DNA from: Bacteroidota bacterium
GTDB taxonomy: Bacteria > Bacteroidota > Bacteroidia > UBA8524
Direction of reading: 5' to 3'
DNA length: 64,000 nt
NCBI GenBank assembly: GCA_016124735.1
Contig: WGMZ01000031.1
Coordinates: 121,992 to 185,991 of the forward strand
The translations under genes and the position numbers were made by a program. The notes beneath the pieces were generated by a model. That model was not told the origin of the DNA. It did no database searches and saw only the letters and a program-made list of their open reading frames with translations. This document shows positions 1 through 9,648 of the stretch, piece after piece; positions within the stretch are counted from its first letter, which is position 1; every line of letters begins with the position of its first letter.

Positions 1-12
1 GTAAACTGTTGA

Positions 13-780
13 TTAAGCTTCTGCTGCTTCTTCTTTGCTGGAAGCGGCATCCTCGCCCTGCTTTTGGGCTTCCATCTCTTCTTTTTCCTTTTTTCTTTCG
101 TTCAAACCTTCAGAGATAGCATCAGTCAGTAAGCGGGTAACCACTGAGATTGACTTAGCCGCATCGTCGTTTGCCGGAATTGGGAAATCGATAGGAGTTG
201 GATCGGAGTTGGTATCGCAAATAGCGAATACCGGAATATTTAACTTCAAAGCTTCTTTAACTGCGATATGCTCACGCTTCACGTCTACGATAAATAGAGC
301 TGCTGGCAGACGATTTAAGTCAGCGATACCGCCAAGAACACGTTGAAGTTTAATTTTCTCACGCTCGAACTGAAGACGTTCACGCTTTGAGATATTTGAA
401 AAAGTACCATCAGAAGCAAGCTTGTCGATGTTTTGCATCTTTTTAATGGACTTACGAACGGTAGCGAAATTGGTCAACATACCGCCGAGCCATCTTTCAG
501 TTACGTAAGGCATTTTTACACGATCTGCTTCCGCTGCAACAAGCTCTTTCGCTTGTTTTTTGGTAGCTACGAACATGACTTTACGGCCTGATTTTACTAT
601 GTTTTTAATGGCTGACTGAGCTTCTTCGAGTTTAGATTTCGTTTTGTTCAGATCAATGATGTGGATTCCATTCTGCTCCATAAAGATGAATGGAGCCATT
701 TTAGGATGCCACTTTTGGGTAAGGTGTCCAAAGTGTACACCTGCATCCAACAATTCCTGAATATTGATGTTTGATGACAT
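13..780 (-). CDS. rpsB: 30S ribosomal protein S2
   Basis: 255-aa ORF. Strong full-length resemblance to the S2 family (HFGHLTQKWHPKM, TERWLGGMLTNF motifs) with an acidic C-terminal tail. Last gene of the rplM-rpsI-rpsB operon. Confidence 0.95.
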   Translation of the reverse strand: MSSNINIQELLDAGVHFGHLTQKWHPKMAPFIFMEQNGIHIIDLNKTKSKLEEAQSAIKNIVKSGRKVMFVATKKQAKELVAAEADRVKMPYVTERWLGGMLTNFATVRKSIKKMQNIDKLASDGTFSNISKRERLQFEREKIKLQRVLGGIADLNRLPAALFIVDVKREHIAVKEALKLNIPVFAICDTNSDPTPIDFPIPANDDAAKSISVVTRLLTDAISEGLNERKKEKEEMEAQKQGEDAASSKEEAAEA

Positions 781-798
781 GTTTTCTCTTTGTAAAAA

Positions 799-1185
799 TT
801 AACGTTTGCTGAATTGGAATCTTCTTCTGGCTTTTTTCTGTCCAGGTTTCTTTCTTTCAACCATGCGTGAGTCACGCGTGAGAAGACTGTCAGGTTTCAA
901 TGCTAAACGATGCTCGGGGTTAATCTCACAAAGAGCTTTAGCGATAGCCAGACGAATAGCTTGCGCTTGTCCGGTTATACCGCCACCATCAACATTCACT
1001 TTAACATCATACTTTCCGAGGGTTTCAGTCTTGTTGAAAGGAAGGGTTACCTCGTACTGAAGCAGTGGCGAAGGGAAAAAGCCTGCTAATTCCTTGCCGT
1101 TGATTTCAATCTTGCCTTCACCGGGAGTTAAATAAACCCGGGCGACAGCAGTTTTTCTTCTGCCTGATGTGTTGGTCACTTCCAT
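799..1185 (-). CDS. rpsI: 30S ribosomal protein S9
   Basis: 128-aa ORF with the basic C-terminus KKARRRFQFSKR typical of S9. Sits immediately downstream of rplM. Confidence 0.95.
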   Translation of the reverse strand: MEVTNTSGRRKTAVARVYLTPGEGKIEINGKELAGFFPSPLLQYEVTLPFNKTETLGKYDVKVNVDGGGITGQAQAIRLAIAKALCEINPEHRLALKPDSLLTRDSRMVERKKPGQKKARRRFQFSKR

Positions 1186-1195
1186 GTATAGTATA

Positions 1196-1639
1196 TTACA
1201 AGTTTATTTCTTTGGGTTGCTGAGCTGCATGCGGATGCTCGTTACCTTCGTAAACGAAAAGATTACCAAACACCTCACGACCCAAACGGTTTTTAGGCAG
1301 CATGCCTTTTACCGCGATCTCGATCAGAGAGACAGGTTTTCTTTTCAATTGATCTTTTGCCAAAGTCACTTTACGCCCTCCAGGATATCCTGAATAAGTC
1401 TGGTATTCTTTGGTTTCCATTTTGTCGCCGGTCAAACGAACCTTTTCTGCGTTGATGATAATAACGCAATCGCCACAATCCACGTGTGGAGTGAAGCTAG
1501 GTTTGTGTTTGCCACGAATGATTTTTGCCACTTCAGATGACAAACGACCCAAGGTCTTGTCTTCTGCGTTCACTACGAACCATTCTTTTTGAACGGTCTG
1601 TGCGTTGGCCGAAATTGTCTTATAACTAAGGGAATTCAC
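1196..1639 (-). CDS. rplM: 50S ribosomal protein L13
   Basis: 147-aa ORF. L13 family signature (KEWFVVNAEDKTLGRLSS...RGKHKP); conserved rplM-rpsI synteny. Confidence 0.95.
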   Translation of the reverse strand: MNSLSYKTISANAQTVQKEWFVVNAEDKTLGRLSSEVAKIIRGKHKPSFTPHVDCGDCVIIINAEKVRLTGDKMETKEYQTYSGYPGGRKVTLAKDQLKRKPVSLIEIAVKGMLPKNRLGREVFGNLFVYEGNEHPHAAQQPKEINL

Positions 1640-1778
1640 AGCTCTATGTTAATAATTGTTTCTTAAAAGGACGGCAAAGGTAAGACGATTGGAATTAATA
1701 TACAAGACGCCTTTTTAGTTTAGAACAGCGGGTACGAAGTTTATTCAATTTCATCCTTCCTGACCCGGCAGGCAATTT

Positions 1779-2237
1779 TTAATTTCCAATATACAGGACA
1801 TTCCCCTGCCTGGCCACATTATACGATTTCATTGCCGTATTGGCCGGCCCCTGAACCGGAAATCCGTCGGGCAATTGAAAACGGCTGTCGCAACATTTCA
1901 CGTATTCGTTGTTTGTGTACTGCCCACAAAACATATATATGTGTGTGGTGCTGTCCATCCAAAGAACTGAACAATCTTTTGTCGGCTCATAAGGACAGGC
2001 ACGGTCGTATGCATAATATTGGTCATCGTAGCCATGGTAAACGATGAGTCCATGGTATCCATCCGGAAAATACATCCAATTGCCCATAATCGTCAAGTCA
2101 AAATACCCGGGTAAGCTGAGGTTCACCTGCAGGCTAACCGGAACGTTGGGAATTGGCGTCTGATTCGTAGATGACCTTTTCTTGCAAGAGAAACTCATCC
2201 AGCTTAACAGGATAAAGATGCTAACTATCTTTTTCAT
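1779..2237 (-). CDS. Cys-rich putative lipoprotein (hypothetical)
   Basis: 152 aa. N-terminal signal peptide followed by a Cys (lipobox-like LLSWMSFSC). Seven further cysteines. No recognisable family. Confidence 0.45.
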   Translation of the reverse strand: MKKIVSIFILLSWMSFSCKKRSSTNQTPIPNVPVSLQVNLSLPGYFDLTIMGNWMYFPDGYHGLIVYHGYDDQYYAYDRACPYEPTKDCSVLWMDSTTHIYMFCGQYTNNEYVKCCDSRFQLPDGFPVQGPANTAMKSYNVARQGNVLYIGN

Positions 2238-2258
2238 CGTTTAATAAACGTTTGCCTG

Positions 2259-3104
2259 CTATGAATCGTATTTATAAAAGCCCTGTCCGGATTTCCTGCC
2301 GTGATGACCTGCATCTACTTTTTGTTGCTGGATGCGGCTTGGCCTAAACTTGGAATCCTGATGAAACAACTGATACATGCTGGAAGTCACGCTAAAATTG
2401 GTATCCACTCCTATTAGATCCATTAAACGGAAGGGTCCCATTTTAAATCCTATATTTTCAAGGAGACGATCAATCTGTGCATGGTCAGCGACTCCCTCCT
2501 CCAGCACTTTTAATCCCTCTACATAATAGTGACGCGCCACGCGATTCACAATAAAGCCCGGAGCATCTTTCGCCATTACCGGTGTTTTCCCAATGCCCTT
2601 AATCAAATCACGGGCCTTTTGAGCTATTTCATCATCGGTATGCGCTCCCGAGATTATTTCCACCAACTTCATGATATGGGCCGGGTTGAAAAAATGAACC
2701 CCCACCACCCGTTCCGGATGATCAACCTTGGCAGCTATTTGAGTGATTGGGATAGATGAAGTATTGGTAGCGAAAATGGTTTCGGCGTCATTTTGGGCGG
2801 CCAGTCGATTGAATAAGTCAATCTTCAAATCCAGTTTTTCTAAAATTGCTTCAATGATGAAATCAGCCTTCAAATCTGAAAATACCGTAGTAAATGAGAG
2901 TTTTTTCAGGGCCCTTGCCTTTCCTGATTCATCTAATTTGCCTATTTCAACCGCTTTACTAAGATGTTTAAGAATGGATTTCTCTGCCCGTTCGATCGCT
3001 TCAGTTTGCAAGTCGTAAACCATGGTTTCGTAACCCGCCATTGCAAAAACCTGGGCTATTCCGCTACCCATTGTTCCTGCACCTATGACCGCAATTTTCT
3101 TCAT
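2259..3104 (-). CDS. hbd: 3-hydroxybutyryl-CoA / 3-hydroxyacyl-CoA dehydrogenase
   Basis: 281 aa. N-terminal Rossmann motif IGAGTMGSGIA plus the 3HCDH C-terminal domain (GFIVNRV...GPFRLMDLIGVD). Confidence 0.85.
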   Translation of the reverse strand: MKKIAVIGAGTMGSGIAQVFAMAGYETMVYDLQTEAIERAEKSILKHLSKAVEIGKLDESGKARALKKLSFTTVFSDLKADFIIEAILEKLDLKIDLFNRLAAQNDAETIFATNTSSIPITQIAAKVDHPERVVGVHFFNPAHIMKLVEIISGAHTDDEIAQKARDLIKGIGKTPVMAKDAPGFIVNRVARHYYVEGLKVLEEGVADHAQIDRLLENIGFKMGPFRLMDLIGVDTNFSVTSSMYQLFHQDSKFRPSRIQQQKVDAGHHGRKSGQGFYKYDS

Positions 3105-3206
3105 GGAGCGAAGATAGATAAAGAGTACATAAGTACTAAGTACAAATGTACGAGAGACAAGAGACGAGAAACCTGCAACCTGTACCCATGACCATAGGCC
3201 ATAAAC

Positions 3207-3237
3207 TAAAAAACCCCGCCGGATTGCTCCAACGGGG
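3207..3237 (-). terminator. rho-independent terminator downstream of ald
   Basis: On the minus strand the sequence reads CCCCGTTGGAGCAATCCGGCGGGG followed by TTTTTT, a GC-rich 5-bp stem plus U-tract. It lies 24 nt after the ald stop. Confidence 0.6.
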
Positions 3238-3260
3238 ATCTTAAATATTCTAAGTATCGA

Positions 3261-4376
3261 TTAATTCAATACAGATTCAACCGGAGTGTAATCCAAATTG
3301 AAAGCTTCGGCAACACCGTGGTATACCACTTTTCCACCTACAACGTTCAAACCAAGTTTCAACTCATTGTTGTCGCTGCACGCTTTTTTCCATCCTTTTT
3401 CTGCCAATTGCAGGGCATAAGGAAGGGTAGCATTGGTCAATGCCAAGGTTGAAGTGTAAGGCACTGCTCCAGGCATATTTGCCACGCAATAGTGGATTAC
3501 ATCATCCACAGTATAAATTGGTTCTGCGTGTGTTGTTGGACGAGAAGTTTCAAAACATCCTCCCTGATCGATGGCTACGTCGCAAATTACCGCCCCTTTT
3601 TTCATAGTTGGAAGCATGTCGCGCGTAATTAATTTTGGCGCTTTCGCCCCCGGAATCAAGACACCCCCGATAACGAGGTCCGCATTTTTGATTTCCTCTC
3701 TGATATTGTACTCGTTGCTGTATTCTGTTTTGATATTCGCTGGCATGAGATCATCCAACTGACGCAAACGAGGAAGAGAAATATCCATAATGGTTACATC
3801 CGCTCCCAGTCCTGCAGCCATTTTTGCTGCCTGAGTACCTACGATACCGCCACCAAGAACAACCACTTTTGCCGGTTTCACCCCTGGTACGCCTCCTAAA
3901 AGGATTCCACGTCCACCCATAGGCTTCTCAAGGTATTTAGCTCCTTGCTGAACAGACATTCTACCAGCAACTTCAGACATTGGGATGAGGAGAGGAAGAG
4001 AACGATCGGTTTTTTCAACGGTTTCGTAAGCCAGACAAACAGCCCCTGATTTAATCATGGCATGTGTCAGAGGCTCATACGATGCAAAGTGGAAGTATGT
4101 GAAAACCAGCTGATCCTTTTTAATCAGAGGGTATTCCGATTCAATCGGCTCTTTCACCTTAATAATCATCTCTGCGATGGCGTATGTTTCCTCAATAGTT
4201 GGGAGCATGCTTGCACCCGCATTGATGTATTCTTCATCAGCAAATCCACTGCCCAGTCCGGCAGTCGATTGAACATACACTGTATGTCCGCGTTTTACGA
4301 ATTCGGTAACACCGGCAGGGGTCACACCTACCCGGTTTTCGTTATTCTTGATCTCTTTTGGAACTCCTATGATCAT
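3261..4376 (-). CDS. ald: alanine dehydrogenase
   Basis: 371 aa. Full-length AlaDH/PNT family (KEIKNNENRVGVTPAGV; NAD-binding VVVLGGGIVGTQAA; DVAIDQGGCFETS). Confidence 0.9.
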   Translation of the reverse strand: MIIGVPKEIKNNENRVGVTPAGVTEFVKRGHTVYVQSTAGLGSGFADEEYINAGASMLPTIEETYAIAEMIIKVKEPIESEYPLIKKDQLVFTYFHFASYEPLTHAMIKSGAVCLAYETVEKTDRSLPLLIPMSEVAGRMSVQQGAKYLEKPMGGRGILLGGVPGVKPAKVVVLGGGIVGTQAAKMAAGLGADVTIMDISLPRLRQLDDLMPANIKTEYSNEYNIREEIKNADLVIGGVLIPGAKAPKLITRDMLPTMKKGAVICDVAIDQGGCFETSRPTTHAEPIYTVDDVIHYCVANMPGAVPYTSTLALTNATLPYALQLAEKGWKKACSDNNELKLGLNVVGGKVVYHGVAEAFNLDYTPVESVLN

Positions 4377-4527
4377 GACACATTGTTAAAAGTGCGGCAA
4401 ATATATATTTTTTCCGCTTTCAGGAACGAGGTTTTGGAGATAGTTTTAGATTTGAGTTTATTGTTTATAGTTTATTGTTTATCAGGTTGTTAATTCCCTT
4501 GAAACTATAAACCATAGACGACTAAAC

Positions 4528-5025
4528 CTACTTCACGGCAATCACTGAAATCTCTACATTCACATTTTTTGGCAGTGTTTTCACTGCCACTGTTTCCCGT
4601 GCTGGAAAATCATTCTGAAAATAGGCCCCATATACCGCATTGACCTGCTGAAACAGGTTCATATCAGAAAGGAAGATGCTCGTTTTAACCACATGACTCA
4701 GATCCATATCCGCCGCTTTCAACACCTCCTGAATATTCTTCATCGCCTGAACAGTTTCCTGTTCTATGTTGTCCATTACCAACTCACCTGTTCCCGGATT
4801 GATGGCTATCTGGCCACTGCAATACAAAGTGCCATTCACCAAAACGGCCTGACTATAAGGTCCAATAGGAGCTGGGGCATTTAGGGAAGTAATGATTCTT
4901 TTTTCCATGGCTGTATGTTCTTCTTGTTTATTTTTGTGCTCAGAATCCTCCTCAGTCCCGCATGAATATAGCACTAACTGGCCCAACAAACAGGAAAGAA
5001 GAATGGAAGTCGAAAGTCGCATCAA
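4528..5025 (-). CDS. RidA family protein (YjgF/TdcF/L-PSP) with an N-terminal signal/lipoprotein-like extension
   Basis: 165 aa. Residues ~40-165 match the RidA fold (APIGPYSQAV...CSGQIA...ETVAVKTLPKNVNVEI). A ~40-aa N-terminal extension carries a hydrophobic segment and a Cys (LLSCLLGQLVLYSCG). Confidence 0.8.
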   Translation of the reverse strand: MMRLSTSILLSCLLGQLVLYSCGTEEDSEHKNKQEEHTAMEKRIITSLNAPAPIGPYSQAVLVNGTLYCSGQIAINPGTGELVMDNIEQETVQAMKNIQEVLKAADMDLSHVVKTSIFLSDMNLFQQVNAVYGAYFQNDFPARETVAVKTLPKNVNVEISVIAVK

Positions 5026-5618
5026 GCTGCAATATACTTGAATTTGACTTCGGAAAAGAAGTGCCTGCCCACGACGTTTTGGTTGATCTCAACTTCGACG
5101 ATCATCCCGAAAGAATCCTTGCCTATGCGCAGTTGGAAAGCCCATTAATCCTTTCATGCGTGAAAATTCAACTGCTGGGCGTGCTGGCTCATTTTGGAAT
5201 ACATCACAAAAAGAATGTTTTTGGAATCAATGCCATCCCTACCTTTATTCATCGCGAATTGAACGAGATGAGCATAGCTTTCGAAAGTGAAAGAAGCCTT
5301 GGCGATAAACTTTGCGAAGAAATTGGCATCAAGCCAGACTGGGTCCAAGACCGCGTGGGTTTGGTAACCGCTCGGGTCTTATTCATGATCATCAATGAAG
5401 CTTATTATACCGTGCAGGAAGGCACTGCCGGGAAATCAGATATCGATACCGGTATGAAGCTCGGCACTGCCTATCCCAATGGCCCTTTCGAATGGCTGGA
5501 AAAAATCGGCATCCGGGATGTTTACGAGGTACTGGACTCTCTCTATCAAGATACCCGTGAAGAACGATATAAAGTATGTTCTTTGCTTAAGACGGAGTAT
5601 TTGCAGTCAGTTTTGTAG
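4962..5618 (+). CDS. 3-hydroxyacyl-CoA dehydrogenase C-terminal-domain protein (no intact NAD-binding motif)
   Basis: The C-terminal ~100 aa match the 3HCDH_C domain (GLVTARVLFMIINEAYYTVQEG...GPFEWLEKIG). The N-terminal half has no GxGxxG motif. The annotated start overlaps the RidA gene by 64 nt, so the true start may lie further downstream. Confidence 0.55.
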   Translation: MNIALTGPTNRKEEWKSKVASSCNILEFDFGKEVPAHDVLVDLNFDDHPERILAYAQLESPLILSCVKIQLLGVLAHFGIHHKKNVFGINAIPTFIHRELNEMSIAFESERSLGDKLCEEIGIKPDWVQDRVGLVTARVLFMIINEAYYTVQEGTAGKSDIDTGMKLGTAYPNGPFEWLEKIGIRDVYEVLDSLYQDTREERYKVCSLLKTEYLQSVL

Positions 5619-5778
5619 TTAATAAATGCTAAATGGAAAATCGATGTTAGACATTCGATCCTCGACATGTAATATTCCTGGAAAGGGTGTTCAACACATG
5701 GCATGATTAATTTTGACTGGTATTAAATAATGTCTGATCAGCTTGGAATATAGATTGATTCGTTTCTGGTAAACGTCA

Positions 5779-6138
5779 ATGAATTCAATAAACAATTTCC
5801 GCAAGTTGGAAATCTACACCCGCAGTCTGAAATTAGCTTGCGAGATAATCCAAATTACAGATGATATTCGCCCCTTTCGATTGGGCGAGCAATTGGCTGG
5901 CTCATGTATCTCTGTTCCAAGTAATATTGCAGAAGGTTCTGTAAAATATTCAACGAGAGATTTTATTCGGTACTTAGAATACGCAAGCGGATCGATTGCC
6001 GAACTGCAGACTCAGTTATATATATTAAAAGCTAAAAACATTCTTGTTTCATCCAAAATAGAGGCATGGGTAAAAGAAGCCGAATCCATAGCATCCATGA
6101 TTCATATGCTGATTCAGCTTAAGAAGAAGTCCATTTAA
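5779..6138 (+). CDS. four-helix-bundle protein (23S rRNA intervening-sequence protein family)
   Basis: 119 aa. Typical family features: LEIY..S..LA..I...T..........L..QL.RS..SV..NIAEG, followed by EFI.FL..A.GS..EL.TQL. Confidence 0.75.
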   Translation: MNSINNFRKLEIYTRSLKLACEIIQITDDIRPFRLGEQLAGSCISVPSNIAEGSVKYSTRDFIRYLEYASGSIAELQTQLYILKAKNILVSSKIEAWVKEAESIASMIHMLIQLKKKSI

Positions 6139-6194
6139 CTTTTACAACGCCCTCAAAAGATTGAGGCGAATTTCGAGCGTCGAAAATCCAACGT

Positions 6195-7121
6195 CTAAGT
6201 TCTACTTAAAAAGTCCTCATACGCCAACCCAATTCCCTCTTCCAAAGAAGTCTTTGGCTTGAATCCCATTTTGTTTAAAGTGGAAACATCCATCAGTTTG
6301 CGCGGGGTACCATCCGGTTTATCCGTATTGAAGCGGAGCTCTCCTTCATAACCTATTACCTTCTTTATCAAAAGAGCCAGGTCTTTGATGCTTATATCTT
6401 CTCCTACCCCAACATTCACAAAAAGCTTCTCATTATACTTCTGCATAAGCAGGTAGCAGGCGTCGGCTAAATCATCTGCAAACATGAATTCACGCAATGG
6501 TGATCCGGTGCCCCAAATTTCAACTGATGCTGCCCCACTCTCTTTTGCTTCGTGGAACTTTCGAATGAGAGCCGGTAACACATGGCTGTTTTCGGGATGG
6601 TAATTGTCGTTGTATCCATAAAGATTGGTCGGCATCACCGCAACAAAATTATCTCCATACTGGTCGCGGTAAGATTCACATAATTTGATGCCTGCAATTT
6701 TCGCGATGGCATAAGGCTCGTTGGTTGGCTCCAATAATCCAGTTAGCAGATACTCCTCCTTCAAGGGCTGTGGCGCCAGTTTCGGATAAATGCAGGAAGA
6801 ACCAAAAAACATCAATTTCTTTACCCCAAATCGATGGCTTTGATGAATGATATTGCTTTCTATCATCAGGTTGTCATACAGAAATTCTGCTCGATAGGTA
6901 TTGTTGGCTACAATGCCTCCTACCTTGGCTGCGGCCAGAAAAACATATTCCGGACGTTCCATTTCAAAGAAGGCTTCAACAGCCAACTGATCACGAAGGT
7001 CAAGTTCTTTTGAGGTTCTGGTGATGATTTGGTCGTATCCTTCCTTCTCCAGCTTTCTCATCACAGCTGAACCCACCATACCCCGATGTCCGGCAATGTA
7101 AATTCTGGATGATTTCTCCAT
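6195..7121 (-). CDS. fcl: GDP-L-fucose synthase (GDP-4-keto-6-deoxymannose 3,5-epimerase/4-reductase)
   Basis: 308 aa. Full-length match to Fcl/WcaG ([13 protein letters not shown]...[19 protein letters not shown]). Stop codon directly abuts gmd. Confidence 0.9.
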   Translation of the reverse strand: MEKSSRIYIAGHRGMVGSAVMRKLEKEGYDQIITRTSKELDLRDQLAVEAFFEMERPEYVFLAAAKVGGIVANNTYRAEFLYDNLMIESNIIHQSHRFGVKKLMFFGSSCIYPKLAPQPLKEEYLLTGLLEPTNEPYAIAKIAGIKLCESYRDQYGDNFVAVMPTNLYGYNDNYHPENSHVLPALIRKFHEAKESGAASVEIWGTGSPLREFMFADDLADACYLLMQKYNEKLFVNVGVGEDISIKDLALLIKKVIGYEGELRFNTDKPDGTPRKLMDVSTLNKMGFKPKTSLEEGIGLAYEDFLSRT

Positions 7122-8258
7122 CTATTCGAAATAATTCATCGTTTGAAATCCGCCCTCTTTCAGGAATTGATCTTTTTGCATCAGGTGCATGTCACTTTGC
7201 ATCATGTCTGCCACCAAAGCAGGCAAATCGTATTTTGGTTGCCAATTCAGAGCTTCCTTCGCTTTGCTTCCATCTCCAATCAATAATTCCACCTCTGTCG
7301 GACGGTAATATTTAGGGTCAACTTTCACTACTTCCTGTCCTATTTTAACAGCATCGGGTTTCACGCCAAATGCAAGCGCCTTTTTCTCTTCGATGGAAAT
7401 CACTTTGCCTGTTTCGCTTTCGGCAGAGCCCTTGAATTCCAACTCAATCCCAGCTTCCGCAAAACTCATTTTTACAAAATCCCGCACAGTCGTTGTAATT
7501 CCGGTTGCCACCACAAAATCATCTGCATGATCATGTTGCAAAATCTTCCACATGGCCTCCACATAATCTTTGGCATGACCCCAATCGCGCTGTGCATCCA
7601 GATTTCCGAGGTAAACGGACTCTTGGAGTCCCAACAGAATTCTCGATGTTGCCCTTGTAATTTTCCGGGTTACAAAGGTTTCCCCGCGAATGGGAGATTC
7701 ATGATTGAAGAGGATGCCGTTGCTGGCATAAATGCCGTATGCTTCCCGATAATTCACGGTGATCCAGTACCCGTACAATTTAGCCGCCGCATAGGGCGAA
7801 CGCGGGTAAAAAGGAGTCTTTTCATTTTGAGGTACTTCCTGAACCAAACCGTACAATTCAGAGGTGGACGCCTGGTAAAACCGCGTTTTCTTTTCCAGAC
7901 CCAAAATGCGAATGGCTTCAAGAATACGAAGCACGCCTATTCCATCTGCATTGGCTGTATATTCCGGAGTTTCAAATGAAACTTTTACATGCGATTGAGC
8001 CGCGAGGTTATAAATCTCATCCGGTTGCGTTTCCTGAATGATGCGAATGAGGTTTGTTGAATCCGTCATGTCTCCATAATGAAGATGAAACCGCAGGTTC
8101 TTCTCATGGGGATCCTGGTACAGGTGGTCGATCCGGTCGGTATTGAACAAGGAACTTCTCCTTTTGATACCATGCACCACGTAGCCTTTGTTCAAAAGAA
8201 ATTCAGCCAGGTATGCCCCGTCTTGTCCTGTTACTCCCGTAATCAGCGCAACTTTCAT
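7122..8258 (-). CDS. gmd: GDP-mannose 4,6-dehydratase
   Basis: 378 aa. Full-length Gmd ([19 protein letters not shown]...[20 protein letters not shown]). Confidence 0.92.
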   Translation of the reverse strand: MKVALITGVTGQDGAYLAEFLLNKGYVVHGIKRRSSLFNTDRIDHLYQDPHEKNLRFHLHYGDMTDSTNLIRIIQETQPDEIYNLAAQSHVKVSFETPEYTANADGIGVLRILEAIRILGLEKKTRFYQASTSELYGLVQEVPQNEKTPFYPRSPYAAAKLYGYWITVNYREAYGIYASNGILFNHESPIRGETFVTRKITRATSRILLGLQESVYLGNLDAQRDWGHAKDYVEAMWKILQHDHADDFVVATGITTTVRDFVKMSFAEAGIELEFKGSAESETGKVISIEEKKALAFGVKPDAVKIGQEVVKVDPKYYRPTEVELLIGDGSKAKEALNWQPKYDLPALVADMMQSDMHLMQKDQFLKEGGFQTMNYFE

Positions 8259-8322
8259 GTTAATTTTACCTTAATTTGAAGAAATTTGGAATAACTGCGA
8301 AACTAAGGGATTTCGACCAGAC

Positions 8323-9648
8323 ATGATCACCATCTACTCAGAGAACAAAAGTCCGCGTTTGCTTTACACTTTGGAAGTGATCTTTAAAAGGTGTCTGGGG
8401 CTGGATTATAAACTAATCACCGATTGGGATAAGTTTAAGAAGATCGATCTTCCACGCATCAACTATTCGGAAAGAGATTATAAAAAGAGCCTTCGTATCG
8501 TGCCTCACAAGCTTCTATTTGAAGATGAAATTCGTGACATCAATCCGAAGGTAAAAGACTGGGATGGACTACCGGCGTTTTTTCAAACCTACAAAAAAGG
8601 CGATTGTCCCTTCGATCTGTTTGCCGCCACCTTTTATCTGGTGAGCCGATACGAAGAATACCTGGATTTCAAGCCAGACCAACACGGGCGCTTTCCTGCC
8701 ACGGAAAGTCTGGCCTATAAAGAAGAATTTCTGGAGCAACCCATAGTGAACGACTGGGCAGCACGCCTGGTTGCGCTGCTCGAAAAGGATTATCCGGACT
8801 ATGCGTTTCAACACAATGACTTTCAGTTTATCAGCACCATTGATGTCGATATGGCATTCAGCTACAAACACAAAGGAGTTTGGAGAAACCTGGGCGGATT
8901 CACTCGGGAACTTTTGAACCTCGATTTAAAAAAGCTTGACAAAAGAATCCGGGTACTGACAGACCAGGAAGAAGATCCTTTCGACAATTTCCGGTACCAG
9001 GAAAAACTGCATGACAGTCTGGGTGTCGAAGTGATTTATTTCATCCTGCTGGGCGATCATGGTAAATACGACAAGAATATTGACTGGGACAACGATGCGT
9101 TTGTCGACATCATTCAATCTCTGGCGGAAAAACATGAAGTGGGAATACATCCATCTTACTATTCCAACAAAGTGAAAAAGAAGGTCGGTGAAGAAATTGA
9201 ACGATTGCAATCAATTACTGTTAGTACCATTGAAAGCAGCCGTCAGCATTTCTTAAAACTCGACATCCGAGAAACCTACAAAGTACTGATGCAAAATGGA
9301 ATATTGAGGGACCATTCAATGGGCTATTCGGAGGTGACAGGATTCAGAGCGGGAATTTGCTCTTCCTATCCGTTTTTCGATTTAGTAAAAAATGAATCCC
9401 GGGAATTTATTTTATACCCTTTTGCAGTGATGGATGTCGCGCTCAATCATTTTATGAAACTTAGTCCCGAGGAGGCCATACAGAAAGTTCAGCTGCTTAT
9501 GGACCGGGTTAAAAAACATAAAGGGCTTTTTATCAGTGTCTTTCATAATGAATCGCTGAGCGATTTTGACAATTGGGAAGGATGGAGAACGGTTTACGAA
9601 GCTATCCTCCAAATGGCAACACATGAGCATTATTCAGTACCTGCGTAA
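8323..9648 (+). CDS. conserved hypothetical protein, possibly polysaccharide-deacetylase-like
   Basis: 441 aa. Weak NodB-like features (a TIDVDMAF Asp-pair and an HPSYY His motif). Overlaps the downstream GNAT gene. The family assignment is tentative. Confidence 0.4.
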   Translation: MITIYSENKSPRLLYTLEVIFKRCLGLDYKLITDWDKFKKIDLPRINYSERDYKKSLRIVPHKLLFEDEIRDINPKVKDWDGLPAFFQTYKKGDCPFDLFAATFYLVSRYEEYLDFKPDQHGRFPATESLAYKEEFLEQPIVNDWAARLVALLEKDYPDYAFQHNDFQFISTIDVDMAFSYKHKGVWRNLGGFTRELLNLDLKKLDKRIRVLTDQEEDPFDNFRYQEKLHDSLGVEVIYFILLGDHGKYDKNIDWDNDAFVDIIQSLAEKHEVGIHPSYYSNKVKKKVGEEIERLQSITVSTIESSRQHFLKLDIRETYKVLMQNGILRDHSMGYSEVTGFRAGICSSYPFFDLVKNESREFILYPFAVMDVALNHFMKLSPEEAIQKVQLLMDRVKKHKGLFISVFHNESLSDFDNWEGWRTVYEAILQMATHEHYSVPA

